Shown: positions 1 through 10,670, counted from the stretch's first letter. The stretch is DNA of 64,000 nt from Syntrophales bacterium (GCA_963668175.1 OY764159.1:3360001-3424000), one strand, 5' to 3'. The notes: generated from the letters alone by a model not told the origin. Translations and numbers: made by a program.

Positions 1-13
1 GTGCCCCAATGCC

Positions 14-283
14 GTGATCGGTATGGTCAAGTCCTGGACGCTGAAGACGGATTTATGGCGGAGACGGGAACTCGACGCCGCGGGAATGAAAGGCCTTGTT
101 CAAAACATGCAGCGCAAAGCCGCGGAAAGCGGCAGGGCGCTCCACGGCTTCGACATCCTTGACAATCACGGCGAGATCATAGGCAACGGCTATTCCGGAC
201 TTGACGTCAGAGTCACGGTCAGGATAGACGGGGACAGGACCGCCGTCATCTCCACGCCTCCCATGGACGCCGACCTGCCCTAG
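14..283 (+). CDS. Hypothetical protein, probably the C-terminal part of a gene starting left of the window
   Basis: Open frame at the window edge; no family recognised. Confidence 0.45.
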   Translation: MIGMVKSWTLKTDLWRRRELDAAGMKGLVQNMQRKAAESGRALHGFDILDNHGEIIGNGYSGLDVRVTVRIDGDRTAVISTPPMDADLP

Positions 284-477
284 TCTCGCCGGATCGAACC
301 CGCCGTTTGCCCCCGGAAGGGGGACCGAGGGAATGCTTATTGAGAGACGTCCCGGCCCCGCGTATCCCCGCGGCCGGAATATCCGCCTCGACGATAACCG
401 CCTCATTACGATCATTCTGCCGGCTTCTGCCGGCAGCCGCAGACGCCTGCCGTCGATGTCGACACAAGCGGATACGT

Positions 478-1023
478 TCAATCCACGAGCATGAGACAGT
501 AGAGATTCTGCGTCTCCGATTTTTCCTTGAGCGTCACGAGGGGAAAGCCGTTGTTGCGGGCTGTCTGGAATACGTCGATCCCGCACGATTCCATGGAAGG
601 CCTCGTCTTGGCGGGGAGGCGGCAGGGCACCCCCGTCTCCTTGCCGCATTCCTTGCACAGCACACAGGGACCGGCCAGAAGTACGAAGGCTTTGTAGTAT
701 CCATCCTTGAAAAGCTCCCCCTCCAGTTCGACGAGTTTATCCAGATAGGCGACCATGTTCTTGGCCCTTTCCTTCGCGGCGGGGGCGGCGACATGGAAGA
801 GAATGGCGCGCTGATACGAATCGAGAGTTGCCCGTGTTTCGGCCGGGGTCGGCGTGTGGGGAGGACAACTGTACCGGTTGTGATACGGACATCCGTATAG
901 GCATTTGAACCGAACCCACGGGGCCGTGACGACGGTCTGCGGAGACGTGATTTTTGCATGCGTGGCACCTGCCTGAACTGCTTTTTCGCAATACTTGTCA
1001 AGATCGCTTGTCTGCATGGGCAT
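478..1023 (-). CDS. DUF2284-type predicted metal-binding protein
   Basis: Motifs WVRFKCLYGC, SCPP, GPCxLCKEC and RPSMESCGIDVF; AAGGAG RBS. Confidence 0.85.
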   Translation of the reverse strand: MPMQTSDLDKYCEKAVQAGATHAKITSPQTVVTAPWVRFKCLYGCPYHNRYSCPPHTPTPAETRATLDSYQRAILFHVAAPAAKERAKNMVAYLDKLVELEGELFKDGYYKAFVLLAGPCVLCKECGKETGVPCRLPAKTRPSMESCGIDVFQTARNNGFPLVTLKEKSETQNLYCLMLVD

Positions 1024-1158
1024 CTCCTTTCTTTTCGTGTGTCCGAAATTCCTACATGAACGGCGGGAAGAAGTCTATAACTTATTGAGAAAATTCCCTG
1101 GAAGGCGGTCCGGCGGACGCAGCCGCTTCCGATCGCATCCGTTCGTAAAAAAAAAGAC

Positions 1159-1187
1159 TTGACATTAGACGACCGGTCTAATATATA
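1159..1187 (+). promoter_or_regulatory. Sigma70-like promoter overlapped by a TetR-type operator
   Basis: TTGACA(1159)-N17-TATATA; inverted repeat ATTAGAC-gaccg-GTCTAAT at 1164-1182. Confidence 0.7.
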
Positions 1188-1204
1188 TCGGGCCACGGGA
1201 GTTA

Positions 1205-1798
1205 ATGTCCTTCATGGCATGCAAAGACACGCGCAATATGCTTTTACGGGCTGCGAGGCGAATCATCCTGACCAGGGGATTTGCCGCCACCGGTTTGAGC
1301 GAAATCCTGGCCGCCGCCGGCGTGCCGAAAGGCTCTTTCTATCACTATTTCAAATCCAAGGAGGATTTCGGGGCTGAACTTCTGAAAAGTTACCTTGAGG
1401 AGCAAGAGGCCTTTATAAGGCAGTGCTTAACCATGACGTCCATGGACCCTCTGGAACGGATTGTTATGTATATGGAAAAGAGTCGGGCTTTGCTGGAACG
1501 CAATCAATGCCGGCAGAGCTGCCTGATCGTCAAACTCGGCGCGGAAGTATCGGATCTCAGCGAAACCATGCGCAACGTGCAGAGAGACGGCGTCAGGAGA
1601 TGGCTGGATGTCTACGCGGAATGTGTGCGCGAGGGACAGCAGGCCGGTTCTATCAACAGGAATCTCGATGCCTCCCAGGCCGCCGCTCTCATCCACGACC
1701 TGTGGCAGGGGGCATCCGTGAGAATGCAGATCGATCAGGATACGGCGCCGCTGGAAAACGCCGCGCTGATCATCAGGAGACTGCTGACCCCTCACTAA
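1205..1798 (+). CDS. TetR/AcrR family regulator (NemR-like)
   Basis: HTH GFAATGLSEILAAAGVPKGSFYHYFKSKE; CLIVKLGAEVSDLSE. Confidence 0.9.
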   Translation: MSFMACKDTRNMLLRAARRIILTRGFAATGLSEILAAAGVPKGSFYHYFKSKEDFGAELLKSYLEEQEAFIRQCLTMTSMDPLERIVMYMEKSRALLERNQCRQSCLIVKLGAEVSDLSETMRNVQRDGVRRWLDVYAECVREGQQAGSINRNLDASQAAALIHDLWQGASVRMQIDQDTAPLENAALIIRRLLTPH

Positions 1799-1854
1799 TT
1801 TTTTTTTGCGGCATTTTGGATACGACCAGTCTAATCATGATAGGAGGTGGAGGC

Positions 1855-2415
1855 ATGATGGCTATAGGTATCATCGGAAGTCCCAGAAAGACGGGAAGCA
1901 CGGCGTTGCTCGTCGGCGAAGCGCTGCTAGGCCTCAGGGACGGCGGAGCCGAAACCAAGGAATACTTCCTGAACGAGATGAATATCAAAGGCTGCCAGGG
2001 ATGCCTGGCCTGCAAGAAGCCGGAGGCCGTCTGCGCCGTCAAGGACGACATGGCCATCCTCTACGATGAAATCAGGAACGCGGGCGCCGTCGTGATCGGT
2101 TCACCGGTCTATATGTGCCAGATGACCGGCCAGACCAAGCTGTTTCTGGACAGGCTCTTCGCCTTCATGAACCTCGATTTCACCCACCGCTTGGGCGACG
2201 GCAGGAAGACCATTATGGTCTATACCCAGGGACAGGCGGCGCCGGAACTGTTCAAGGGTTCTTTCAATACCAACAAAGCCGTCCTGTCGCTCCTCGGTTT
2301 TAACATTCAGGATACGATCGTTGCAGGCGGCCTGCATCATCGGGAGGATATCTTAAAACAAAAGGACGTCATGGAGAAGGCGTACAACGCCGGCAAAGCC
2401 CTGGCATCCGCCTGA
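1855..2415 (+). CDS. NADPH-dependent FMN reductase / iron-sulfur flavoprotein
   Basis: GSPRKxG, CQGCLACK...C and GSPVY motifs; start reset to ATG 1855 after GGAGG. Confidence 0.85.
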   Translation: MMAIGIIGSPRKTGSTALLVGEALLGLRDGGAETKEYFLNEMNIKGCQGCLACKKPEAVCAVKDDMAILYDEIRNAGAVVIGSPVYMCQMTGQTKLFLDRLFAFMNLDFTHRLGDGRKTIMVYTQGQAAPELFKGSFNTNKAVLSLLGFNIQDTIVAGGLHHREDILKQKDVMEKAYNAGKALASA

Positions 2416-2701
2416 CACGGACCATTCATCCCCGACGAGGGATGTTCGATATATACGGGGCACCCATTTGCCCACCTCCTGTCCCTCTCCTCACATTACC
2501 CCTTCCTGGAAAGAGAGGGTAAGGGTGTCCTGTTCTAACCTGCCTCAGTCCGGGCGGCAACCCCCAAGGTTCCGCCCGTGACCGGCACGGTCTTCAACAG
2601 CCATCGAAGCAAGACAGGAGCCTCCATCCGTCCGGAGGACGCATGAGCGCCGCGCGGTGCGGGCTCCTTTCCCCCCGCTGAAACGCCCAAACCCTTTCGG
2701 G

Positions 2702-2908
2702 TTATCGATCATGCCTGCCGATGAAGGCCTTTACCTGCCGCCTGGCGTCTGCGGCGGCCTCGGGGCCGTAAAAGGCGAGGTCTGTCTTATCGAAAGCCGC
2801 GACATCCTCGTGGATTTTCAGGAGGAATCCGGGAGGCTCTTGGTCCGCTTTGCAGAACCCTGTCCGTCTTTTCCCGTGTGAATCTGCATTTCCCTGAACC
2901 AGCCACAT
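2702..2908 (-). pseudogene. Degenerate copy of the dienelactone hydrolase C-terminus
   Basis: YGPEAAADARRQVKAFIG versus YDSEAAADARRQVRAFIG in 3486..4268. Confidence 0.5.
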
Positions 2909-3016
2909 GGCGTCACCTTCACGGCCGGTGCCTGCATTCCTTTGACAGGCGTGCCGTGTCTTCTTATAGTGAGAAGAACGGACTAACCTGCCAAACGAAA
3001 AAGGAGGTGCTTTGTC

Positions 3017-3418
3017 ATGAAACACAAATCCGTCATCATCGTCGTTGTCGTTTTTCTGATCTGCCTTCTGTCCGCAGGGCCCGCCCTGCCTCAGGCAAAA
3101 ACGGACGGCACGATCCTGCTTACGATCTTTCTGCGGCACGATCAGGCCAAAAATCTCGACGAAATCAACAATCAGCTCTTGAAGAACGGTTACTACGAAA
3201 AGTTTCCGCCGGCAGGCATGGAAGTCGTTTCCTGGTATGTCGTCATGGGCATCGGCCAGGTTGTCACCCTGAGATTGCCTGCGGAAAGATTGCGCGAGGT
3301 GAACGTTGTCCTCGAAAACACGGCCTGGGGTCCGTATCGCACGGAATTCTACCCGACGTACGATTACAAGGAGCGGGCAGAAGAACAACGTAAGATCATG
3401 CTGCAAAAGAAGCGCTGA
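3017..3418 (+). CDS. Secreted conserved hypothetical protein
   Basis: AGGAGG RBS, signal peptide, VVSWYVVMGIGQVVTLR core. Confidence 0.75.
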   Translation: MKHKSVIIVVVVFLICLLSAGPALPQAKTDGTILLTIFLRHDQAKNLDEINNQLLKNGYYEKFPPAGMEVVSWYVVMGIGQVVTLRLPAERLREVNVVLENTAWGPYRTEFYPTYDYKERAEEQRKIMLQKKR

Positions 3419-3485
3419 TATCCGTCTCCTCTCCTCTTCCTTATTCACGCTGCCTGTAACAGGCTGTTGTAAACGACCGTTCGGG

Positions 3486-4268
3486 TTATCGGACGTATCC
3501 GCCGATGAAGGCCCGGACCTGTCGGCGGGCATCCGCAGCGGCTTCGGAATCGTACAGGATGCGGTGTATCCTGCCGAAGCCGAGCACCTGGCCGTTCGAG
3601 CCGTCGTGATCGAAACCGTGATAAGCGCCGGGATAGACCCGGAGGGAGACTTCCAGTCTGCTGCTTCCCGGCGGAGGTGTCCGTTCCACGCAGCGCTGGG
3701 CCGGCGTCCAGTCGTCCCTTTCGCCGATCAGGATGAGCAGCGGGGCGTTCAGGGCTTCCATGTTCAGGTCGCAGTAGGGGTAAAAGGCGACCGCGGCCCG
3801 GAAAGGGGTCTCGTTCCTGGCGGCGAGGGCATTAAGGACCACGCCGCCGCCGTGCGACCATCCCATGACGAGAATCCTGCCGCCGTCGATGTCGGGCCTT
3901 CGGGAGAGATAGGCCCGGGCGTCGTAAGCATCGCGGATGCGCTTGCGCGCCATGTCCCGGCTGAGATCGCGGTCGGAACAGACGCGTGAGATTCCGCGGG
4001 GGCGGAAACTGTCCACCCGGAGGGACGCGTAGCCCCAGCTTTTAAGGAGTTCGGCCCAGGCCGCGTCGCGCTTCGTGGCGCCGCTGCACCCGTGGAGAAG
4101 GACGGCGGCCGGGAAAGGCCCGAGGCCCGCAGGCTTAATCAGGACGCCTTTCAGGGTAACATCTTCCAGAGAGCTTTTAAACGAAACGTCTTCGGCCGCA
4201 CCAACGCCCGGGCATGCTGTAAAAACGGCTAAAATCGCAAGAAACCCGCAGACTTTTTTCATCGCCAT
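3486..4268 (-). CDS. Dienelactone hydrolase family alpha/beta hydrolase, exported
   Basis: LHGCSG, GWSHGG nucleophile, DDWTP, HGFD; start reset to MAMKK. Confidence 0.85.
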   Translation of the reverse strand: MAMKKVCGFLAILAVFTACPGVGAAEDVSFKSSLEDVTLKGVLIKPAGLGPFPAAVLLHGCSGATKRDAAWAELLKSWGYASLRVDSFRPRGISRVCSDRDLSRDMARKRIRDAYDARAYLSRRPDIDGGRILVMGWSHGGGVVLNALAARNETPFRAAVAFYPYCDLNMEALNAPLLILIGERDDWTPAQRCVERTPPPGSSRLEVSLRVYPGAYHGFDHDGSNGQVLGFGRIHRILYDSEAAADARRQVRAFIGGYVR

Positions 4269-4363
4269 TGCTCGACAGGGAAGAGAACGGGAAACGCCAT
4301 TTACAACCCGAAAACCCGCGGGACTGCTGGCCGGATCATCTTTCAGGTCATAAGGCCGCGGTT

Positions 4364-5803
4364 TCATTCGTCCGCCGTATCGGCGGGCAGGTTGCCGCTC
4401 CGGACTGCCCGTTTCGCCCGGCCGTGGCCCAGTTGGGCGGCCTTCGCCAAATCGCCGGCGGCGTCGTCGCTTCGCCCGGACTTCTTGAGACATACGGCCC
4501 GCTGAAAATAGGCGTCGCCATAATCCTTGTTCAGTTCCAGGGCCTTGGTGAAGTCGCGGATGGCGCGGCCGCAGTCGTTCTTCAGCGCATACACGAGGCC
4601 GCGGCGGTACCAGCCCAGCGGCTGTAGCGGATTGAGTTCCAGGGACTTGCTGAAATCGGCGATGGCATCATCCAACCGGTTCTGTCTGCGGTAGGTCCAG
4701 GCGCGGACGTGATACGCATGGGGGTTGTTCGGCTCGAGGGCGATGGCCTTTTCGAAATCCCGGTAGGCGTCGTCGAATCTGCCGAGGTTGCGGAGGGCCG
4801 TTCCCCGGTTGGCATAGGCATCGCTCATCGTAGGGTTGAGCTTGATGGCCGTGTTGGCGTCGTCCAGGGCCTGCTGTCTCCGGTTGAGTTGGATGTGGAT
4901 AAACGACCGGATGTTGTACGACCGGGCGAAGTCGCTCTTGATGTCGATGGACTGGTTGATATCGGTGAGGGCCTTGTCGTATTCCTTGAGAGTCGCATAG
5001 GTTAATGCGCGGTTGGCCAGGGCGCCCGGATGTTCGGGCTTCAGGGCCAGGGCCCGGTTGATGTCCTTGAGCGCCTGCGTGTAATCGCCGAGGCGGAAGC
5101 GGCAGAAGCCGCGCGTGTTGTACGCGTTGGCAAACTGGGGATCGGCCTCCAGCGCTTTATCGAAAACGGCGATGGCCTCCCTGTATTTCCGGGCCTGCAT
5201 CAGGCCGTAACCCTCGTTGAAGAGATCGACGCCCCCCAGCTTCTGCACGGCGGCCCGGTACTCCTTCTGGTCCCTGGCTTTCCCCTCCCCTTTCGCCGTC
5301 TTCAGCTCCTTCCGGAGCTTTTCGAGCTCTTTGAGAAGGCCGTCCGTCTGTTTTTTCGATTCTTCCAGTTCGGTCAGGTTCTGCCTTTCCCGCCGCAATT
5401 CGTCGATGGCCTTCGCCACCTGTTCGGGGTCGGCCTCCATTTTAGCGACGATATAGTAGGTCTTGCCGTCCCACTTCTCCGAGACGATCACCGTCTTCAC
5501 GATGCCGGCCGTCATCGCCATGACCTGGTCGCGGGTCACCTGGTAGTCCTTTACTTCCGTCCGGCTTTCCAGGTAGACGCCGAGTTCTTCCAGAAGGAGC
5601 CGTTTGACCTGCTCGAGGGCGATGGTCCGGCAGGAAACCTTGCTGTCCATCTCCGAGGCCTGGTAGGCATAGTCACGGTTGTAGGTGACCAGGGTCGCCG
5701 CCGCTGGAACCGGGAACGCAAGCACGACGAGAAGGGCATAACAAGCCGCGGCCTTCAGGCTCGTCGTCATAACGACGGATCGTTTTTTCATCATGACCTC
5801 CAT
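4364..5803 (-). CDS. Tetratricopeptide repeat protein with signal peptide and coiled coil
   Basis: About 8 TPR repeats (AYxNRG...A...P). Confidence 0.9.
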   Translation of the reverse strand: MEVMMKKRSVVMTTSLKAAACYALLVVLAFPVPAAATLVTYNRDYAYQASEMDSKVSCRTIALEQVKRLLLEELGVYLESRTEVKDYQVTRDQVMAMTAGIVKTVIVSEKWDGKTYYIVAKMEADPEQVAKAIDELRRERQNLTELEESKKQTDGLLKELEKLRKELKTAKGEGKARDQKEYRAAVQKLGGVDLFNEGYGLMQARKYREAIAVFDKALEADPQFANAYNTRGFCRFRLGDYTQALKDINRALALKPEHPGALANRALTYATLKEYDKALTDINQSIDIKSDFARSYNIRSFIHIQLNRRQQALDDANTAIKLNPTMSDAYANRGTALRNLGRFDDAYRDFEKAIALEPNNPHAYHVRAWTYRRQNRLDDAIADFSKSLELNPLQPLGWYRRGLVYALKNDCGRAIRDFTKALELNKDYGDAYFQRAVCLKKSGRSDDAAGDLAKAAQLGHGRAKRAVRSGNLPADTADE

Positions 5804-5844
5804 TTCACGGCAAACAAATATACGCGCGGAGCAAGCGGTCGCAG

Positions 5845-6471
5845 TTACGACCCAGATTGCACGGCGGAACCGACAAAGTCTTTGAGAGCTGTCAATAACG
5901 CGACCAGGATGTCCTGAATGCCGTCCTCGCGGTCTTTATCCAGGACCGCCGGACGCGAAACCCTTATCTTGCAGATATACCCCTGCATGCCCGTCAGATA
6001 AACGGCCGAAGCCACCTGTTGCGTGATGCCCGAAAGTTCGTCCGTAAATTCGTACGTCAGCTGCGCCGACAACATCCGCAGGGATTGGCCGTTGATCAGG
6101 CCGAAAGTCGCATCCGCGTCGGAAACGACTTTGACATTGCGGTAATAACCCATTTTTTCCGCTTGCCGTATGTCGGCGACGGCGGCCTCCTTCGCCTCCC
6201 TGACGACGGCCGATCCGGTCCCGTCCTCGATATCCCCCCGGCCAAGGTCGTAAAGATAGACCGTAATGGCGATGCCGGCCTCATCGTTGTACCCGATCGA
6301 GGCCCCCAGCCTTTTATCCTGATAAAGGAACGGCTCTTCCGCGTTGAATGCCTTGTATTGCGCCGGCAGCGACCGAAGAACAGCTTCCGGTCTATCCTTG
6401 GCGAATGTGTTGGCGGCGGCGACAGCCAGGAGAACCGCTGCAAGGAGCATTTTCTTCATGGCAGGCATCAT
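5845..6471 (-). CDS. Secreted hypothetical protein
   Basis: MKKMLLAAVLLAVAA signal peptide; co-oriented with the TPR gene. Confidence 0.7.
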   Translation of the reverse strand: MMPAMKKMLLAAVLLAVAAANTFAKDRPEAVLRSLPAQYKAFNAEEPFLYQDKRLGASIGYNDEAGIAITVYLYDLGRGDIEDGTGSAVVREAKEAAVADIRQAEKMGYYRNVKVVSDADATFGLINGQSLRMLSAQLTYEFTDELSGITQQVASAVYLTGMQGYICKIRVSRPAVLDKDREDGIQDILVALLTALKDFVGSAVQSGS

Positions 6472-6764
6472 CCCGACCCCCTATGACGACATGGCCTTCC
6501 GGAACCGCCTCCGCAGATGCGCGGCGCGGTCCGCGGTTTTTCAGGTCCGGCGGCAAAACCGGCGGCTATGAAACCTTGTACGCACTCTTATAATCCTAAA
6601 GTGATTATATAATAGCCGTACTTAAGATTCAACGGCAATCATGGGGCATGGAAGGCAACCCCGTGATTCCGCCCGGGACCTGCGGCCCGGTTGCACCGAG
6701 CGGACCGAACACAGGCAGAGTCGAAACGCCGGAGGGTTAAGCCTCCGGACCGGAAGACCATCTC

Positions 6765-7121
6765 TTAGGCCTTTTTCCCGAACGCTTCGATGTATTCTTT
6801 CAGGGCCTCTGCATTGTTGATCCGCTCTTCTTTCGAGCTGTAGACGAAGGTGACCGTTCCCTTTTTCACGTAGTCCAGCAATCGGCTCATTCCATCCGGA
6901 TTTGCTTTCAGTTCCTTGCCGTAACGTTCGCGAAACGCCGTCCATTTATCGGGATCGTGACCGTACCAGCGCCGCAGTTCGTTAGACGGCGAGATGTCTT
7001 TCGCCCAATAGGCGATTTCCGCCTTCTCCTTCGTGAGCCCCCGCGGCCAGAGACGATCCACCAGGACCCTGATACCGTCCGCTGCTTCCGGTTTTTCATA
7101 GACCCGTTTCACCTTGATCAT
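6765..7121 (-). CDS. DUF488 / YeaO family protein
   Basis: KRVYE..DG.RVLVDRLWPRG, SPS.ELRRWYGHDP. Confidence 0.9.
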   Translation of the reverse strand: MIKVKRVYEKPEAADGIRVLVDRLWPRGLTKEKAEIAYWAKDISPSNELRRWYGHDPDKWTAFRERYGKELKANPDGMSRLLDYVKKGTVTFVYSSKEERINNAEALKEYIEAFGKKA

Positions 7122-7467
7122 CGTAAACCCCTTTGTTGAATGGCGGTTCGATCATCCTTCCGGCGGGACATCTGCGATGCGGTCCCCTCCCGGAGGAAGG
7201 CCCATGCTGCCTGCCGGCGTATTCCAGGATCGCCGGCCCATCCTACTTATTTAGTTATTGCTGATATTTTGCAGACAAGCGGCACCTTTCTTACCAAAAA
7301 TCCAACGGCTGCATAGGCCTATTGAGCACCCATGAAGAACTCGTTTCACGACATATAAGTCCGCTGCGGTCACTTGTTTTTCTTGACAGAGTCCGAACGA
7401 CTTCCTATATTTTAACCTATTCTGCATGACTGGTTCCATCTGTCAAGGGTGAAAGGGGGGCATCCGT

Positions 7468-7866
7468 ATGAAGCCGAAGATCAGCATGATTACGCTGGGC
7501 GTATCCGATCTTGATCGTTCGACCGCATTTTACCGCGATGGGCTTTCGCTGCCGGTACACGGGGATTTTTCCGGCATTACCTTCTTCAAGCTGGACGGCA
7601 GTTGGCTGGCCCTCTTTCCCAGAAACGAACTGGCCAAGGATGCGGGCATAGATTCGGCCGGACAGGGATTCGGCGGTATCACCCTGGCCCATAACGTCGC
7701 CTCCCGCAAAGAAGTGGATGCCGTCCTCGCGGAAGCGCAAAAGGCGGGCGCCAAGATTGTAAAACCCGCCCGCGGCGCCGACTGGGGAGGATATTCCGGA
7801 TATTTTGCCGACCCGGACGGTTATCTCTGGGAAGTCGCCTGGAACCCCCATTTCGATTTGACCTGA
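7468..7866 (+). CDS. VOC / glyoxalase family protein
   Basis: ITLGVSDL..S..FY, WGGYSGYFADPDGYLWEVAWNP. Confidence 0.9.
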   Translation: MKPKISMITLGVSDLDRSTAFYRDGLSLPVHGDFSGITFFKLDGSWLALFPRNELAKDAGIDSAGQGFGGITLAHNVASRKEVDAVLAEAQKAGAKIVKPARGADWGGYSGYFADPDGYLWEVAWNPHFDLT

Positions 7867-8078
7867 ACGACGACAACGCGACAGAGTTCTCCTTATGACC
7901 GAGCTTTACGGCCTGCATCCGGAAATATCAGACTTTAAGCATTTTCGAACCGGTAAATCATCCTAACCCTGATTGTCATTAAGGCCCATCCTATAGTACT
8001 CCATTGACGACAACCTCGATATATTGTATAACTAAGCAGTCATATTGTTATTAATCTTATCTTGAGGAGGTATGACTT

Positions 8079-9143
8079 ATGAAAAAAACCGCTTTTTTCA
8101 TGGTAGCCGCTCTAATGATCTTTTCCACGCCGGTCTTCGCAGGCACCCGTGACGGGGGTATTTCGATTTCTCCCTACGTGGGCGGATTTCTCTTCCAGGG
8201 CGACCAGAATCTGAACCATAATTTTGTTTACGGCTTGAGATTGGGCTACGATATCACTAAGCACTGGGGCATCGAAGCCATGGGCGGTTATGTCCACACC
8301 CGCTATAACCCCATTGGACGGGACGATGCGGCGGACATTTACAATTACAGGATCGAAGGTATTTACAACTTCATGCCGGACAGCCGCTTCGTGCCGTTCA
8401 TCGCCATAGGCGGCGGCGGTCAGTCGATCACCTACGACAACAATCTGCCGAACAAGACCCGCCCCGTCGCCGATTACGGCGTCGGCTTCAAACTCTTCTT
8501 TACGGATTGGCTGGCTTTCCGGGTCGACGTGCGCCATGTCCTGGCCTTCGGAAGCGTCTACAACAACCTGGAGTACACCGGCGGCCTGACCTTCTACTTC
8601 GGCGGCCGGACACCTGCGCCTACGCCGCTGCCCGAGAAGGCGGAACCGGCACCGCCTCCGCCTCCTCCGCCGCCTCCCCCGGTTAAGGAACCCGAACCTG
8701 CACCGGCGCCGCCGCCTCCGCCGCCACCCCCGCCGGTGGAAGAAATGAAGAAGGCCCCGGAAGCGGCGTCCGAGATGGAACAGAAAATCATGGAAAAGGG
8801 CCGGGCGACGCTGAACGTGGAGTTCGACACAGGCAAGAGCGTCGTGAAGCAGAAATATTACAAGGAAATCGAGAGCGTGGCCGATGTCCTCAAGAACCAT
8901 CCGGAAATCAAGATTGTCATTGAAGGCCATACGGACAACGTAGGCGGAAAGAAATACAACCTGCGCCTGTCCCAGAAGCGAGCCGACGCCATCAAGCAGG
9001 TCATGATCAAAAAATTCGGAATCGAGGCCTCCCGGCTGACGGCCAAAGGCTACGGATTCTCCCGGCCGATTGCCAGCAACGCCACCAAGGAAGGCAAGCA
9101 GAAGAACCGCCGCGTGGAAGCAGCGGTTGAATATACCAAGTAA
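8079..9143 (+). CDS. OmpA family outer-membrane protein (beta-barrel, Pro-rich linker, OmpA domain)
   Basis: IEGHTDNVG, NLRLSQKRA, NRRVE. Confidence 0.92.
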   Translation: MKKTAFFMVAALMIFSTPVFAGTRDGGISISPYVGGFLFQGDQNLNHNFVYGLRLGYDITKHWGIEAMGGYVHTRYNPIGRDDAADIYNYRIEGIYNFMPDSRFVPFIAIGGGGQSITYDNNLPNKTRPVADYGVGFKLFFTDWLAFRVDVRHVLAFGSVYNNLEYTGGLTFYFGGRTPAPTPLPEKAEPAPPPPPPPPPPVKEPEPAPAPPPPPPPPPVEEMKKAPEAASEMEQKIMEKGRATLNVEFDTGKSVVKQKYYKEIESVADVLKNHPEIKIVIEGHTDNVGGKKYNLRLSQKRADAIKQVMIKKFGIEASRLTAKGYGFSRPIASNATKEGKQKNRRVEAAVEYTK

Positions 9144-9163
9144 ACTGCATCCGATCAAACGCG

Positions 9164-9200
9164 AAGGGGTCATGGGGGAATCTATTCCCATGACCCTTTC
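9164..9200. terminator. Intrinsic terminator-like hairpin after the OmpA gene
   Basis: AAGGGGTCATGGG...CCCATGACCCTTT followed by T-rich bases. Confidence 0.65.
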
Positions 9201-9251
9201 TTTAACATGGCCAAAGGCCTCGCCAATCCACTGCGAGAAGGAGATAAAACC

Positions 9252-9599
9252 ATGTCCCCGGAGAAATCAGAGCCTGAAACCGGCTTGCCGCATGCCAGGG
9301 TCTTTTCCCTGCGGGATGCCGTGGCCTATCAGAGCGGAGCCGTCGTCAGCAGGGAGATCGTCGCAAAACAGGCGGGAACGGTGACCGTTTTCGCCTTCGA
9401 TGCGGGCCAGGGCCTGAGCGAACACACGGCGCCTTTCGACGCCCTGGTACAGGTCCTGGAAGGCGAAGTGGAAATCAGTATCTCGGGTACCCCTCATCGG
9501 CTGAAGGAAGGCGACATGATCGTCATGCCCGCGGGGAAACCCCACGGACTTAAAGCCATCGGGAAATTCAAGATGCTCCTGGTCATGATCAGGTCATGA
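9252..9599 (+). CDS. Cupin domain protein
   Basis: FAFDAGQGLSEHTAPFDA, MPAGKPH; start reset to ATG 9252. Confidence 0.88.
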   Translation: MSPEKSEPETGLPHARVFSLRDAVAYQSGAVVSREIVAKQAGTVTVFAFDAGQGLSEHTAPFDALVQVLEGEVEISISGTPHRLKEGDMIVMPAGKPHGLKAIGKFKMLLVMIRS

Positions 9600-9632
9600 G
9601 ATCGGAGATGGATGCGGCAGGACAGGACGCGA

Positions 9633-10274
9633 TTACTGCCTCATCGCCGTTTCCTGAATATTTTCTCCCGGTTTCGTCTTGATGCTCTCATTGCTGGTCA
9701 GCAGGGGGCGCTTTCCGGTAACATCGGCGTAAAAGGCCTGGATGTCCTTCATGTCGTCTTCGATGCAACCGGTCGGATGGAACATGGGGCCGATGCCGCC
9801 GGCCTTCCGCCGGTAATCGACGTACCCGAGTGCGATGGGCACGCCGGCCCCGTGAGCGATGTAATAAAATCCCGTTTTCCAGTAGCGGACTTTCTTCCTG
9901 GTCCCTTCCGGGGGGACGATGAGGATCATCCGTTCGCTTTCCCCGAATATCCGGACGGCCTGCGCGACCATGTTGTTGGACCGGGAGCGGTCGATGGGAA
10001 TGCCGCCGAGCCACCGGCACAGCCTTCGGAAGGGGGGCCGGAAAATGGCCTTCTTGCCCAGCCAGAAGACCTTGATCCGGAAGGCAAAGGCCAGAAGAAG
10101 CGTATAGAAGAGGTCCCAGTTGGAGGTATGGGGGGCGGCGATCATCACATATTTCGGTTCGTCGGGCGCCCGTCCTTCCTTCCGCCATCCGGACAATTTC
10201 AGATAAAACCTGGACAGGTGGTGGAGGGCAGTACTGACGGTTCGTGCATCGAAGATGGTGCGCTGCATAGTCAA
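9633..10274 (-). CDS. Lysophospholipid / glycerol acyltransferase
   Basis: PHTSNWD (HX4D) and PEGTR motifs. Confidence 0.88.
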   Translation of the reverse strand: MTMQRTIFDARTVSTALHHLSRFYLKLSGWRKEGRAPDEPKYVMIAAPHTSNWDLFYTLLLAFAFRIKVFWLGKKAIFRPPFRRLCRWLGGIPIDRSRSNNMVAQAVRIFGESERMILIVPPEGTRKKVRYWKTGFYYIAHGAGVPIALGYVDYRRKAGGIGPMFHPTGCIEDDMKDIQAFYADVTGKRPLLTSNESIKTKPGENIQETAMRQ

Positions 10275-10472
10275 TTCCTTCAGGACGTTATGATGTTATG
10301 GCGTTGCCGCCCTTCTGTTTCCTGGTAAAAATCCGGCCGGTGGGCTTGACCGGTGCAAGGGAATAGATGTGTTTGCGCGCATCCCTTACCTTAAAACCGG
10401 AAAAAATGCTTGCATTATTTTCAGTTATAAGATAGGACGCACCACTACTTCATCTTTCAGGAGAATTGAATC

Positions 10473-10670
10473 ATGTCCAGAGTATGCGAGGTTTGCGGCA
10501 AGAAACGCGTGATCGGAAACAACGTCAGTCACGCCAATAATAAGAGCAAGAGGACCTGGCTTCCCAATCTTCAGAAAGTTCGCTGCGAAGACAGCAAAAC
10601 GGGCTCCGTGAAACGGCTTAAAGTTTGCACCCGCTGCCTGCGCTCCGGTTTCGTCAAGAAGGCCGCCTGA
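10473..10670 (+). CDS. rpmB: 50S ribosomal protein L28
   Basis: [32 protein letters not shown]. Confidence 0.97.
   Translation: MSRVCEVCGKKRVIGNNVSHANNKSKRTWLPNLQKVRCEDSKTGSVKRLKVCTRCLRSGFVKKAA

Noticed and set aside
8610..8740. CCG-rich duplicated repeat in the OmpA gene
   Set aside because: Ordinary proline-rich linker between the barrel and the peptidoglycan-binding domain
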